From assembly GCA_041697335.1 (NCBI GenBank), contig JBGUGD010000030.1, positions 128,001 through 192,000 on the forward strand: DNA of 64,000 bases, read 5' to 3'. The translations under genes and the position numbers were made by a program. This document shows, piece after piece, positions 23,785 through 32,087 of this stretch (positions within the stretch are counted from its first letter, which is position 1; each line of letters opens with the position of its first letter). The notes beneath the pieces are model-generated. The model had not been told where the DNA came from. It did not search any database and was given only the letters and a program-made list of their open reading frames with translations. Source of the DNA: Vampirovibrionaceae bacterium NZW_1234. Its GTDB lineage: Bacteria > Cyanobacteriota > Vampirovibrionia > Vampirovibrionales > JAGQHJ01.

Positions 23785-23819
23785 GGCCCCATTGTAGCGG
23801 AGGCGAGAAGGACATTCAA
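23785..23819 (-). promoter_or_regulatory. Sigma70-type promoter of mnmG, probably giving a leaderless mRNA
   Basis: Minus strand TTGAAT-N17-TACAAT-N6-ATG; no room for an SD. Confidence 0.7.
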
Positions 23820-23870
23820 CCCGGCTTTCTGATTTGAATCATGGGCGTGTGTGGGCCGCCCAGTCGGGGG

Positions 23871-23977
23871 GCGCGTGATTTACGCGTGATTTGCGCGTGA
23901 ATCGCGCGTGATTTACGCGTGTTTTGCGTGTCAGGACGCGTGATTTTGGCGTGAATTCGCGGAAATGCGCGTGGGAT
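23871..23977. repeat. Tandem array of ~10 imperfect 11-bp units, consensus RCGCGTGATTT
   Basis: gcgcgtgattt acgcgtgattt gcgcgtgaatc gcgcgtgattt acgcgtgtttt gcgtgtcagg acgcgtgattt tggcgtgaatt cgcggaaat gcgcgtgggat. Confidence 0.92.
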
Positions 23978-24154
23978 CGGCGTTCGGCTGATGAGGGTGT
24001 CTAAGGCTGAAATCCTCTCTGGGAAAGGATGTTGGCGTATTTGGTTGTCGTTGAAAACGGCTTTTCATATTTTTTTCGGGATTTTTACGCGATTTTACGC
24101 GTTTTTCCGTTTTTTATGAAGGGATTAAGGGGGTGAAATATATCGTTATTATAG

Positions 24155-24186
24155 CAAAAGAACCTGCCCGAAGGCAGATTCTTTTG
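24155..24186. terminator. Intrinsic terminator downstream of the thiolase gene
   Basis: caaaagaacctgcc-cgaa-ggcagattcttttg hairpin with A/T tails. Confidence 0.8.
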
Positions 24187-24225
24187 AATTTCTTAAGGTT
24201 TTAGCGGATTGTAGGGCTTAGGCCC

Positions 24226-25872
24226 TTAAGCAGACGGGGGCTTCCACTTGGGGTTTTCTACAATGATGGCCATGCCTTGGCCGCCGCCCATGCACAGGGT
24301 GGCAAGGCCATAACGAAGGTTTTCCCGCTGGAGGTCTTTGGCCAGGGTGGTCACAATCCGGGCGCCTGAGGCCGCCAGAGGGTGACCAAGGGCAATGGCC
24401 CCGCCCTTGACATTGGTTTTACGCAGGAGGGCGTCATAAGGTACGTTGTAGGTGGCCGACCAGTCTTTCATGGTGGCTACGGCAACACTGGCAAAGGCCT
24501 CGTTGATTTCAAAGCGATCGATATCGCTGAATTGGATGTTCACGCCTTTTTTCTGGGCTCCCAGCAAGGCGGCTTTTGCGGCTTCGGCGGCACCTCTACC
24601 CATCAGGTCGGGATCGACCCCGACTTTGCCAATCGAGACGATCCGGGCCAAGGGGGTTTTTCCCAGGCGTTCCAGAGTCTCTTTGTTGGAGACCAGGACA
24701 GCGGCAGCCCCGTCAGTAATGCGGCTTGCGTTCCCAGCCGTGTTGACCGCTTTTTCCAGGGTGGGTTCCGTTGGGCGTTCGGAGCGCTTGATGAGGCCAG
24801 TCATCTTGCCTAAGGTGGTGAGCATGCCGCCTTTTTTACCCCCACCGGAGCGGCGGCGCAATTTGGCCAACGATTCCACCTTGACCGACAGGCCCCGGAC
24901 CCCTTCATCTTCGGCCAGAAGCACCTTGCCGGTCTCGTCTTTGACCGGGACGATCTCGTCCTTGAGTTTGCCTTCGAGGATGGCCATGCCGGCGTTGTGC
25001 TGGCTTCGAGCGGAGTACTCGTCCAGTTCCTTGTTGGTCAGCCGGTATTCCTGGGCCAGATCATCCCCGGTTTCCATCATGTTGCGCTTGACCAGGTCAT
25101 GGCGCAGGCCTTCATACAGGGTGTAGCGAAAATCCCAACTGCTGGGGTTGCCTGCTTTTTTGCCGCTCACCTGGGCAATGGCCCGCTCAATGTCCTTACC
25201 CAGCGCCTGCTGAACATCTTTCTTGGTTTGGCGGTAGCGCCACAACAAGGGGAGTGCCGTAAAGAGGTTGGCCTTTTTGGCCTGATCCCCCAGGTGCTGG
25301 AAGCGCTGCATGAGTTTAAAAGAGGAAAACGGGGCGTTGGACATGCTTTCCGTTCCCCCGGCCAGGACCATAATGTCTTGGTCCGTGTCTTTGGTGATGC
25401 CGATTTTGACGGCCGCATCATGAATGGCGCTGAGACTGGAGGCGCAGACATCGTTAATCATCTTGGCCGTAGTGCCAACCGCTCCGCCAATGCCGCCGCC
25501 CTGGCCATCGTTGGGCTCCAGCACCGTGTTTCTGGCCGCATAGGGCACCTGGGTGCTTGAGGGAATGACGTTGCCGATGATTACCGACCGGACAATGTTG
25601 GCGGGAACCCCGGTGGCGTCCAGCAGCCCTTGGGCGGCGGTGGCAAAGAGCTGTTTTTCGTTGCGGCCGCGTAAGGCCCCGCTGAACTCGCCAAAGGGCG
25701 TGCGCTTGCCATCGACAATAAAGACATCTTCAAACACCGTGGCCTCGCCATGGGCTCCCAGTTGGACGCCTTGGGCAGAGGCACCAAATAACGGATGTTT
25801 TGCTGGCATGGGTCTTACAAACGGATGTCCCCCAAAAGTGGTTGCCGTGGTCCCCCGGACAGAATCAACCAT
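24226..25872 (-). CDS. Thiolase (acetyl-CoA C-acyltransferase) with N-terminal extension and internal insertions
   Basis: RTPFG, NDVCASS, TAGNAS..DGAAA, EINEAFA, GHPLAASGAR, LCMGGGQG; GAGGAG SD before ATG 25872. Confidence 0.92.
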   Translation of the reverse strand: MVDSVRGTTATTFGGHPFVRPMPAKHPLFGASAQGVQLGAHGEATVFEDVFIVDGKRTPFGEFSGALRGRNEKQLFATAAQGLLDATGVPANIVRSVIIGNVIPSSTQVPYAARNTVLEPNDGQGGGIGGAVGTTAKMINDVCASSLSAIHDAAVKIGITKDTDQDIMVLAGGTESMSNAPFSSFKLMQRFQHLGDQAKKANLFTALPLLWRYRQTKKDVQQALGKDIERAIAQVSGKKAGNPSSWDFRYTLYEGLRHDLVKRNMMETGDDLAQEYRLTNKELDEYSARSQHNAGMAILEGKLKDEIVPVKDETGKVLLAEDEGVRGLSVKVESLAKLRRRSGGGKKGGMLTTLGKMTGLIKRSERPTEPTLEKAVNTAGNASRITDGAAAVLVSNKETLERLGKTPLARIVSIGKVGVDPDLMGRGAAEAAKAALLGAQKKGVNIQFSDIDRFEINEAFASVAVATMKDWSATYNVPYDALLRKTNVKGGAIALGHPLAASGARIVTTLAKDLQRENLRYGLATLCMGGGQGMAIIVENPKWKPPSA

Positions 25873-26292
25873 GTTGTTGCTCCTCACTTAACGCTCGTGT
25901 CGCCAACCTGTGCGCGACATATGACTGACATCCTAAATCGAGGGCAGCGGTTTGAAAATGAAAAGGGCAAGGAACATAAATTTTTGAAAACAATATTGTT
26001 TATTTAACCAAAGGGGCTCGGATCGATATTGCCGGTTTTGATTCCCGGATGGCCGGGCATGGGCCTCGCCCGCGCGTCTGCTTTCGCCTGGGGTTGCCTC
26101 AAGGGCGGCTTGTCCTGTCCCGGCATGTCTGCCTTGGGTGCCTTCAATCGGACTTTGTTGGCGCATGGGGTCAGGTTCCGGCCACAGATTTTGTCATGCT
26201 GACCGGTTTGTGTTAAATTTTGATCCTGTGGAAGAACCCCTTTTACAGAGGCGTGCTTTTCTTTCAAAATCTTGAAAGGATGCACCCGGTGG

Positions 26293-26369
26293 CGGCCCGT
26301 AGCGCAGCTTGGTAGCGCGTACCCTTGGGGTGGGTGAGGTCGCAGGTTCGAATCCTGTCGGGCCGACCA
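26293..26369 (+). tRNA. tRNA-Pro (GGG)
   Basis: 77-nt cloverleaf: acceptor CGGCCCG/CGGGCCG, anticodon loop TTGGGGT, T-loop TTCGAAT, encoded CCA. Confidence 0.97.
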
Positions 26370-26538
26370 TTTTTAAATCACCCCAATTCACGTCCTTTGT
26401 CCCGATTTGGAGACGAAGGACGTTGATTTTTGTCCTCGAGGCAATTTTCAGAGTCCGGAGGGTTTTTCTGAAGCAGTCGTTGATCGGGTTTCGTGTCCGA
26501 TAGCGTTTTAGCTCAATTCCTTGGAGAATGCCCCCCGT

Positions 26539-26988
26539 ATGATGCCCCTGTCTTCTGCTTCCCGTTTTTCCGGTAAAGTGTCCATCGTGTTGCCGGGATT
26601 AACCCGCCTTCGGCCTGATAAATTTGATGATGCCCCAGGTAATGCCTTGCATGAGCATCATCTGACCTCTCATGCGATGGCCCCTCACGGTCAGGTCCGC
26701 CGTCTGGTTGCCCAATTTCGGTCCAAGTTCCCGAGTGTGCGCATCAGCTTCAGGCCTTGGGCACCCGGCGGCGATGGTGTGAATGCCGATTATTTGCTGT
26801 CCGTGAAAGACGGGACTCAGAAAGCCCGTCAGCGCGGCTTGGCCAAAAAAGTGGCCCGCCGCGTGCTTCATCTTCTCGAGGCCAAGGGGATTCAGGCGAT
26901 GCCCCTGACCCGTGAGCAAAAGGCTCGCTTCCTGATGCATGACAGTTTATTCCCCAATACCGATGATCTGGGAAATATTGAATCGTAA
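26539..26988 (+). CDS. Hypothetical basic protein beginning MMPLSSASRFSG
   Basis: Open frame with GGAG upstream, followed by a terminator; no known domain recognised. Confidence 0.65.
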   Translation: MMPLSSASRFSGKVSIVLPGLTRLRPDKFDDAPGNALHEHHLTSHAMAPHGQVRRLVAQFRSKFPSVRISFRPWAPGGDGVNADYLLSVKDGTQKARQRGLAKKVARRVLHLLEAKGIQAMPLTREQKARFLMHDSLFPNTDDLGNIES

Positions 26989-27029
26989 ACCGGATCTGCC
27001 CACACGAACATGATTTTGGCTATGGGTTA

Positions 27030-27065
27030 AAAACGCCCCCAGGACCGATGTCTTGGGGGCGTTTT
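27030..27065. terminator. Bidirectional intrinsic terminator
   Basis: aaaacgcccccagga-ccgatg-tcttgggggcgtttt between convergent genes. Confidence 0.88.
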
Positions 27066-27091
27066 ATGTGAATCAGTCCACGGGTTGGGGA

Positions 27092-28426
27092 CTAAGGCGT
27101 GGTGCTGGTGACGGTCAAGGGCTGACGCAATTTCAGTTCCAGAATGTCGCCGGCAGGAACCACCAGTTCGCTGCCTTTGCTGGCGGCAGCAGAACCGGCA
27201 CCCAGGCCAGCGCCCAGGATGCTGCCCCACATCAGGCCTTCGTTGGTTTTGTCTTTGTCCGTCAGGCGGCCAATAACAGCACCGGCTGCGCCACCAATGG
27301 CAGCCCCACCCAAGGTATGGATGGCGGCTTTGCCCAAGCGGCCTTTGGTCGTTCCGGCCACTAAAGCTCCGTTTTCAGCGTTGACTTCGGCGGAGATGGC
27401 AAAGGTGCGACCATCGGGGGTGCGGATTTGGTTAAAGTCCATGGTGACGGCACCGTTGCGGATGGCCCGAGCTGCGGGAGTGATTTGCGTAATGCGCCCG
27501 GATACCTGGCTGCCCTGAGGCACTACGATCTCACCTGCCGCGCTCAAAATGGGGCGATCCAGGGTTAAGGTTACGGTATCCCCGACTTGGCTGCGATCCG
27601 AGCTGAAAGGCTGCGTGGTGACCGCACTAAAGATGGTGTTGGGGGGGACCACAGACACCCGGCCCCGCAAGGTGTCGTTTTGCTGGGTCTGGGTCATGGA
27701 GCCGCTGGTGTAGCCACCGGTGGTGGTGTTGGGCTGTTGTTGGTAGGGATTGGTGGCCGTGGAACCGGTTGTGTTGGGCAGGTTCGGGTTATTGGCCACG
27801 TTTTGGAAATGATCCGTCATGACGGCAATCTGAGCCCGGGTGGCCGGGGTGTTGGGTTCAATCAGATTGGCGCTGGGGTAATTGGCAAAGATGCCGGTTC
27901 GAATGGCCGCAGCCACTGAAGGTGCTGCCCATTGGGGAATCTGGTAGGCATCGCTGTAATTTTGCAGGATTTGGGCAGTTTCTTGGGGGTTTGGCAGGGG
28001 AACCCGTGCAGCTTTGACCAGAACAGCCATGGCTTCGGCTCGGGAGATGTTTTGGTTAGGGCGAAAATACCCGCCAGGGTAGCCTGAAACCAAGCCGTTT
28101 TGAGATACGGTGCGAATGGCCGGACTGGCCCAGAAGCCGTTGGGCACATCCACAAAACCGGAGCTGTAGCCGCCGCCTTGCGGATTCAGGCGAAGGGCTT
28201 TCACCAGCATGGTGGCAAATTCGGCCCGGGTCACTTGACCTTCGGGACGAAATTCACCGGTCGGGTAGCCGTTAATAATGCCTTGCTGGGATAAATTTTC
28301 GATTGATTGCTGGGCCCAGTGGCCTCCCACATCAACAAAACTTGCTGCAAACGTCGGGAGCATCAGGCTGGTGGCGAGAGCGAAACTGAGCACGCCCATT
28401 GCGATCCGTTGTGTATGCTGTGCCAT
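27092..28426 (-). CDS. S-layer homology (SLH) domain protein with C-terminal TrbI/VirB10-like beta domain and Gly-zipper
   Basis: Signal peptide, three SLH repeats (TRAEF, SRAEA, TRAQI), VPQGSQVSGRI, GAAIGGAAGA; GGAGG SD. Confidence 0.85.
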   Translation of the reverse strand: MAQHTQRIAMGVLSFALATSLMLPTFAASFVDVGGHWAQQSIENLSQQGIINGYPTGEFRPEGQVTRAEFATMLVKALRLNPQGGGYSSGFVDVPNGFWASPAIRTVSQNGLVSGYPGGYFRPNQNISRAEAMAVLVKAARVPLPNPQETAQILQNYSDAYQIPQWAAPSVAAAIRTGIFANYPSANLIEPNTPATRAQIAVMTDHFQNVANNPNLPNTTGSTATNPYQQQPNTTTGGYTSGSMTQTQQNDTLRGRVSVVPPNTIFSAVTTQPFSSDRSQVGDTVTLTLDRPILSAAGEIVVPQGSQVSGRITQITPAARAIRNGAVTMDFNQIRTPDGRTFAISAEVNAENGALVAGTTKGRLGKAAIHTLGGAAIGGAAGAVIGRLTDKDKTNEGLMWGSILGAGLGAGSAAASKGSELVVPAGDILELKLRQPLTVTSTTP

Positions 28427-29083
28427 GAGTTGAACCTCCATCTTCTATGTATCAGGGCATCTCAGGATTTGCATGAGCAATTGGCCCTCGGCATGGATGC
28501 CCCATCTGAGTGTAAGAGACGAGGATCCGGCGGAATGTTCCACCTGGCTCAGGTATGAAGCCTGAGGAGGATTGGGAGAATGGGGCATCGGGAAAACTGC
28601 CTCAAGAAGCAAGTTTACCCCTCTCTCTGGAAAATCCGAGATGCTGTTGCTACTCTACCGTAATCCGAGGCAAAGCGTCTACCGACTGCGGGAGAAGACA
28701 GGAAGCGGGTAAAACTTTACAAAGCGTAACGTTTGTCGCCCTCCAGTTTGGTAATGTCGATCTGAGGAGCGTCGGCTATCCAATTGATTCAAGCGGTTTT
28801 TTGAAATAGGACATCAACCAGGTGGTTAATTTATCAGGGCTCTTTCGGCCTCTGGGTGGGAAATAGCCCGCCTAGGGGAGCAAATCGGAAAAAGATTGAC
28901 CAGGTGGACATCAGGTTAGGCCAGGTGGTCAATACGAAAGCATTTGCATTCTTGATAAAAAGATGAGATAAAGTTACCCAGAAAACGGTGTCTGTTTTCA
29001 CTGGAATACGTTGGGAATAGACCCCTGTTGGGAAAATCTTAGTTCTGTATGGTTGAAGAATTCGAAAAAAAGGAGAAAGCAGT

Positions 29084-29818
29084 ATGACTTTCAATAAATT
29101 ACTCGCCGCCAGCGTGTGCCTCGTGATGGGCCTTGGCGTTGCTGCAGGTGCGTTCGCTGATCAGCATGAAGCTAAAACCGTTGATCCCAGCTACCGCGGT
29201 ACCGTGAACGTGGATGTCATCGACACCAACGAATCCAACTTCCGCAACCGGATCCAATCTGAATTGGTGGAAAGACCGGCTCCGCAAATCGGCCAAACCC
29301 GCGCCGCTATCGAAGCCGTTTATGGTCCTACCCAAACCGCCTTGGCTCCGAACAAAAACTATGATGTTTACACCAATGAGTTCGATCTGACCGATGGCAA
29401 AATGTTCCGTCGCACCTTGAACCAACGTGCTCTGCGTGTTTACGAAGTAACCTACAACACCACCGGTGACCAACGCACTGGTAATGACAAAGCGGTTGAC
29501 GTTAAACTGCGTGTCATTCCTCGCGTGGGCGACCACAAAAACATGATGACCAAATTGTTGGGCGAACCCATCCAAACCTTCCCCAACAAAGAAGGTCAAC
29601 ACGCCATCTTTGGTATCCCCAAAGAGCGCTTTGTATTCTACAACGATGTATTGGCTAGCCCCTACGAAGCTGTAAACGCTTACTTCAACGCTGACGGCTT
29701 CATGGTCGGTCAAGAATTCATGCCCGTTGGCTACCGCGGTTGGACCACCTTGACCTCCGCTGGTCGCAGCGTGGAATTCGAAAGCGATCGCCAACCCGAC
29801 ACCAAATGGTCCTGGTAG
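29084..29818 (+). CDS. Secreted hypothetical protein, probably highly expressed
   Basis: Signal peptide ending AFA, AAGGAG SD, strong preference for AAC/TTC/TAC/ATC/CGT-CGC codons, own terminator. Confidence 0.85.
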   Translation: MTFNKLLAASVCLVMGLGVAAGAFADQHEAKTVDPSYRGTVNVDVIDTNESNFRNRIQSELVERPAPQIGQTRAAIEAVYGPTQTALAPNKNYDVYTNEFDLTDGKMFRRTLNQRALRVYEVTYNTTGDQRTGNDKAVDVKLRVIPRVGDHKNMMTKLLGEPIQTFPNKEGQHAIFGIPKERFVFYNDVLASPYEAVNAYFNADGFMVGQEFMPVGYRGWTTLTSAGRSVEFESDRQPDTKWSW

Positions 29819-29853
29819 GCTGACGCCGAATCGTCGTTAACGACTCGACAATG

Positions 29854-29892
29854 GACACTGTGGATTGCATCAGCAGTCCACAGTGTCTTTTT
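29854..29892 (+). terminator. Intrinsic terminator
   Basis: gacactgtggattgc-atca-gcagtccacagtgtc followed by a T run. Confidence 0.88.
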
Positions 29893-30072
29893 ATGGGTAC
29901 GATAAGCCCAACCCGCGGTTGAGAGAGGGTATATGGACGTTGCGTTCTTTGGCCACAGGCCTCGTGTCTGACAAACATCGGCACAGCCGCTGCACCCGAT
30001 GATGCTGGGCGGTTGAGCGCTTTGGGAAGATAACTGGGATAAACCGAGGCCTTGGTGAAGGAAGGGGAAAAA

Positions 30073-31797
30073 TTACTCTGCGCTTGAGACGTTTTTCAAG
30101 TCGTTGAGGTAGGACTGAACCACTTCCTTGTTGGGGGCATCGGGCATCAGCTTCAGGTATTGGTTCAGCTCGACAATGGCCTTCTGGTTCTGGCCCTGCT
30201 CGCCGTAAGCCAGGCCCAAATGAAAATGGGCTTCGGCAAAGTTCGGGTTGATGCGCAAGGCTTCCATGTAGCGGGTTTGGGCTTCGGCCGGACGCTTTTG
30301 ATTGAGATACAGGTTGCCTAGGTTGAACTGCAAGTCGCTGTCGTTGGGGTTGGCTTCAATGGCCAATTTGTAAATGACCTCGGCTTCGGCCATTTTGTTC
30401 ATCCGGCGAAGCGTGCTGGCATAGTTACTCAGCACGCCGGAGGGCAGGGCTTTTCGAAAATACTTCAGGGCCTGATCTTCTTTTTTCTGAAGCAGTGCAG
30501 CTTTTCCCAGCTCGTTCAGGAGCTGCGGGTCCTCTTCATGGTACTTCAGTGCCGTTTCCAGAATGCCCTGGGCCTTGGCATACTGGCGATCGTTCATGTA
30601 GAGAATGGCAAGGGCCAGGGCATATTCCTGCACCTGGGGGGCTTTTCGAAGGGCTTCCAAATAGGAGGCTTCGGCCTCTTTGGGCTTGTCGTCATCATCC
30701 AGCTTTTTGCCCGTACGATAGGCCTTTTCAGCATCAACCAGCTGGTTGACCTCGTAGGTGGTGAGCTTGTTGAGGGTGTTGAGCAAGCCCCCGCGGGCCA
30801 CGGCCCCCGGTGGAAACTTGATGTGGTCGTTTGCGGCCGTCTCGGACAGTTGTTGGACCTGTTGGCGAGCCATTTCCAGTTGCTCTTTGAGGTAGATGAT
30901 CTCTTTGTCAGATTCTCCCAGCTGGGTTTTGAGTTGATCAAAGCTTTGTTTGACCTGGTTTAATTCGATTTGAAGGGCCTTGATGCGCTCTTTCTCCGGG
31001 CCATGGACAGGGGTGTCCACCAGGCGTTCCTGTTCGGCCTTGATCCGGGCAATCGTAGCGTTCTGTTGCTGAACCACGCGCTGGAGATCTTTGACCTGAT
31101 CGCTAAGCTGGTTACGCTGACGCCGCAGCGAGTCGGCTTCGAAGACCTTGCGGTCAAAATCCTTGGCCGGGACTTGGAGGGTGGTTTTGGCTGCAAAATC
31201 TGCTTTTTTACTGGTGGTGTCATCCACTGCCGTTTCGGAGTCGCTTTCATCCGGGGTGGCGGCAAGTTCTCGGGCCTCGGTGTCCGAGGGGCCGGCTGTG
31301 TCCGTTACGGAGGTGGGCGGGATGATCTGAAGCACCAGGGTATTGCTGTCTTTTTGCAAGAGTGTGGCCGTAGTCTGAGGATCCTTGGCCCGAAGCACCA
31401 GGCGGACCAGGGGATCGCCGGCTCGGAATTCATCCAGCGTGGCCTGGGAGATTTCGGGCATATAGGACACCAGTTTTTTCAACAAATTATCCTTGCCAGG
31501 CAGGCCCAAGAGGGTTGCATCCTGGATGTCCAGGACCAGCCGTCGCTCCCCTTTGGAGAGCGGCGTTTTGAGATCGGCTTCTTTGGGGGTGGAGAGCTTC
31601 AGAATAATTTGGTTGCTGCCCGGGTTGACCTGAAAGGAGACAATCTTGGAGGGCGTTTCCGAGGCCGATGCCAGGGCACTGAACAACAACAGGCCCAAAA
31701 TGCCAAAAGAGGCCAAAGAGGGCCAAGGGACTCGTTTTCGGGGTTGGGACACACCGGGTTGGCTGGCAAATCGCGTCATGTTATTCCCACTCATCAC
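30073..31797 (-). CDS. Exported protein: AMIN-like domain, coiled coil, TPR repeats
   Basis: Signal peptide, RLVLDI..VRLVL AMIN-like strands, heptads, TPRs (NPNFAEAHFHLGLAY). Confidence 0.82.
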   Translation of the reverse strand: MMSGNNMTRFASQPGVSQPRKRVPWPSLASFGILGLLLFSALASASETPSKIVSFQVNPGSNQIILKLSTPKEADLKTPLSKGERRLVLDIQDATLLGLPGKDNLLKKLVSYMPEISQATLDEFRAGDPLVRLVLRAKDPQTTATLLQKDSNTLVLQIIPPTSVTDTAGPSDTEARELAATPDESDSETAVDDTTSKKADFAAKTTLQVPAKDFDRKVFEADSLRRQRNQLSDQVKDLQRVVQQQNATIARIKAEQERLVDTPVHGPEKERIKALQIELNQVKQSFDQLKTQLGESDKEIIYLKEQLEMARQQVQQLSETAANDHIKFPPGAVARGGLLNTLNKLTTYEVNQLVDAEKAYRTGKKLDDDDKPKEAEASYLEALRKAPQVQEYALALAILYMNDRQYAKAQGILETALKYHEEDPQLLNELGKAALLQKKEDQALKYFRKALPSGVLSNYASTLRRMNKMAEAEVIYKLAIEANPNDSDLQFNLGNLYLNQKRPAEAQTRYMEALRINPNFAEAHFHLGLAYGEQGQNQKAIVELNQYLKLMPDAPNKEVVQSYLNDLKNVSSAE

Positions 31798-31895
31798 AGG
31801 GAGCCTACTCTTCAGTATACCATTGTTTCACCCGTTGCGGCGCAGCATTCGATGGTATCGCAATGACCCAGACGGCGCGGGTTTATGGCCCAGGT

Positions 31896-32087
31896 TCAAT
31901 GGACCGTAAAGAGGCGTCTCGTGCTGCCCTCTTCGCTAATGGGCATGGTAACCTGTTTGAGGCACTTCGGGCAGCGGCCCTGAAAGGCGGACTCGTCCTT
32001 GGTGAGGTAAAGCCGGTTGTAGACGCGACAACAGTCAAACATCAGGCTGATAAAGGGACGTTTGAACCCCGGTTGTGTTGATGTCAT
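31896..32087 (-). CDS. Small CC...CxxC zinc-ribbon-like protein
   Basis: RPFISLMFDCCRVYNRLY...GRCPKC; ATGA overlap with upstream gene. Confidence 0.75.
   Translation of the reverse strand: MTSTQPGFKRPFISLMFDCCRVYNRLYLTKDESAFQGRCPKCLKQVTMPISEEGSTRRLFTVH

Noticed and set aside
23871..23977. CRISPR array or canonical oriC
   Set aside because: The units are 11 bp with no spacers and no cas genes nearby, and no DnaA boxes (TTATCCACA) are visible. Kept only as an unexplained array.
23931..24068. 45-aa minus-strand ORF (MKSRFQRQ...) running into the repeat array
   Set aside because: No SD, short, low complexity; likely incidental.
25933..26285. Short minus-strand ORFs between the thiolase and tRNA-Pro
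   Set aside because: No SD or recognisable motifs, and they overlap probable promoter regions.
26293..27065. Integrative element at tRNA-Pro
   Set aside because: No integrase and no duplicated tRNA 3' end seen in the window.
28450..29080. Riboswitch (e.g. c-di-GMP) in the long divergent intergenic region
   Set aside because: Could not match conserved aptamer motifs by eye; an Infernal/Rfam scan would decide.
31760..31797. TRFAS near the N-terminus of the TPR protein as another RF-leader
   Set aside because: It is followed by a normal hydrophobic Sec signal, so probably coincidental.
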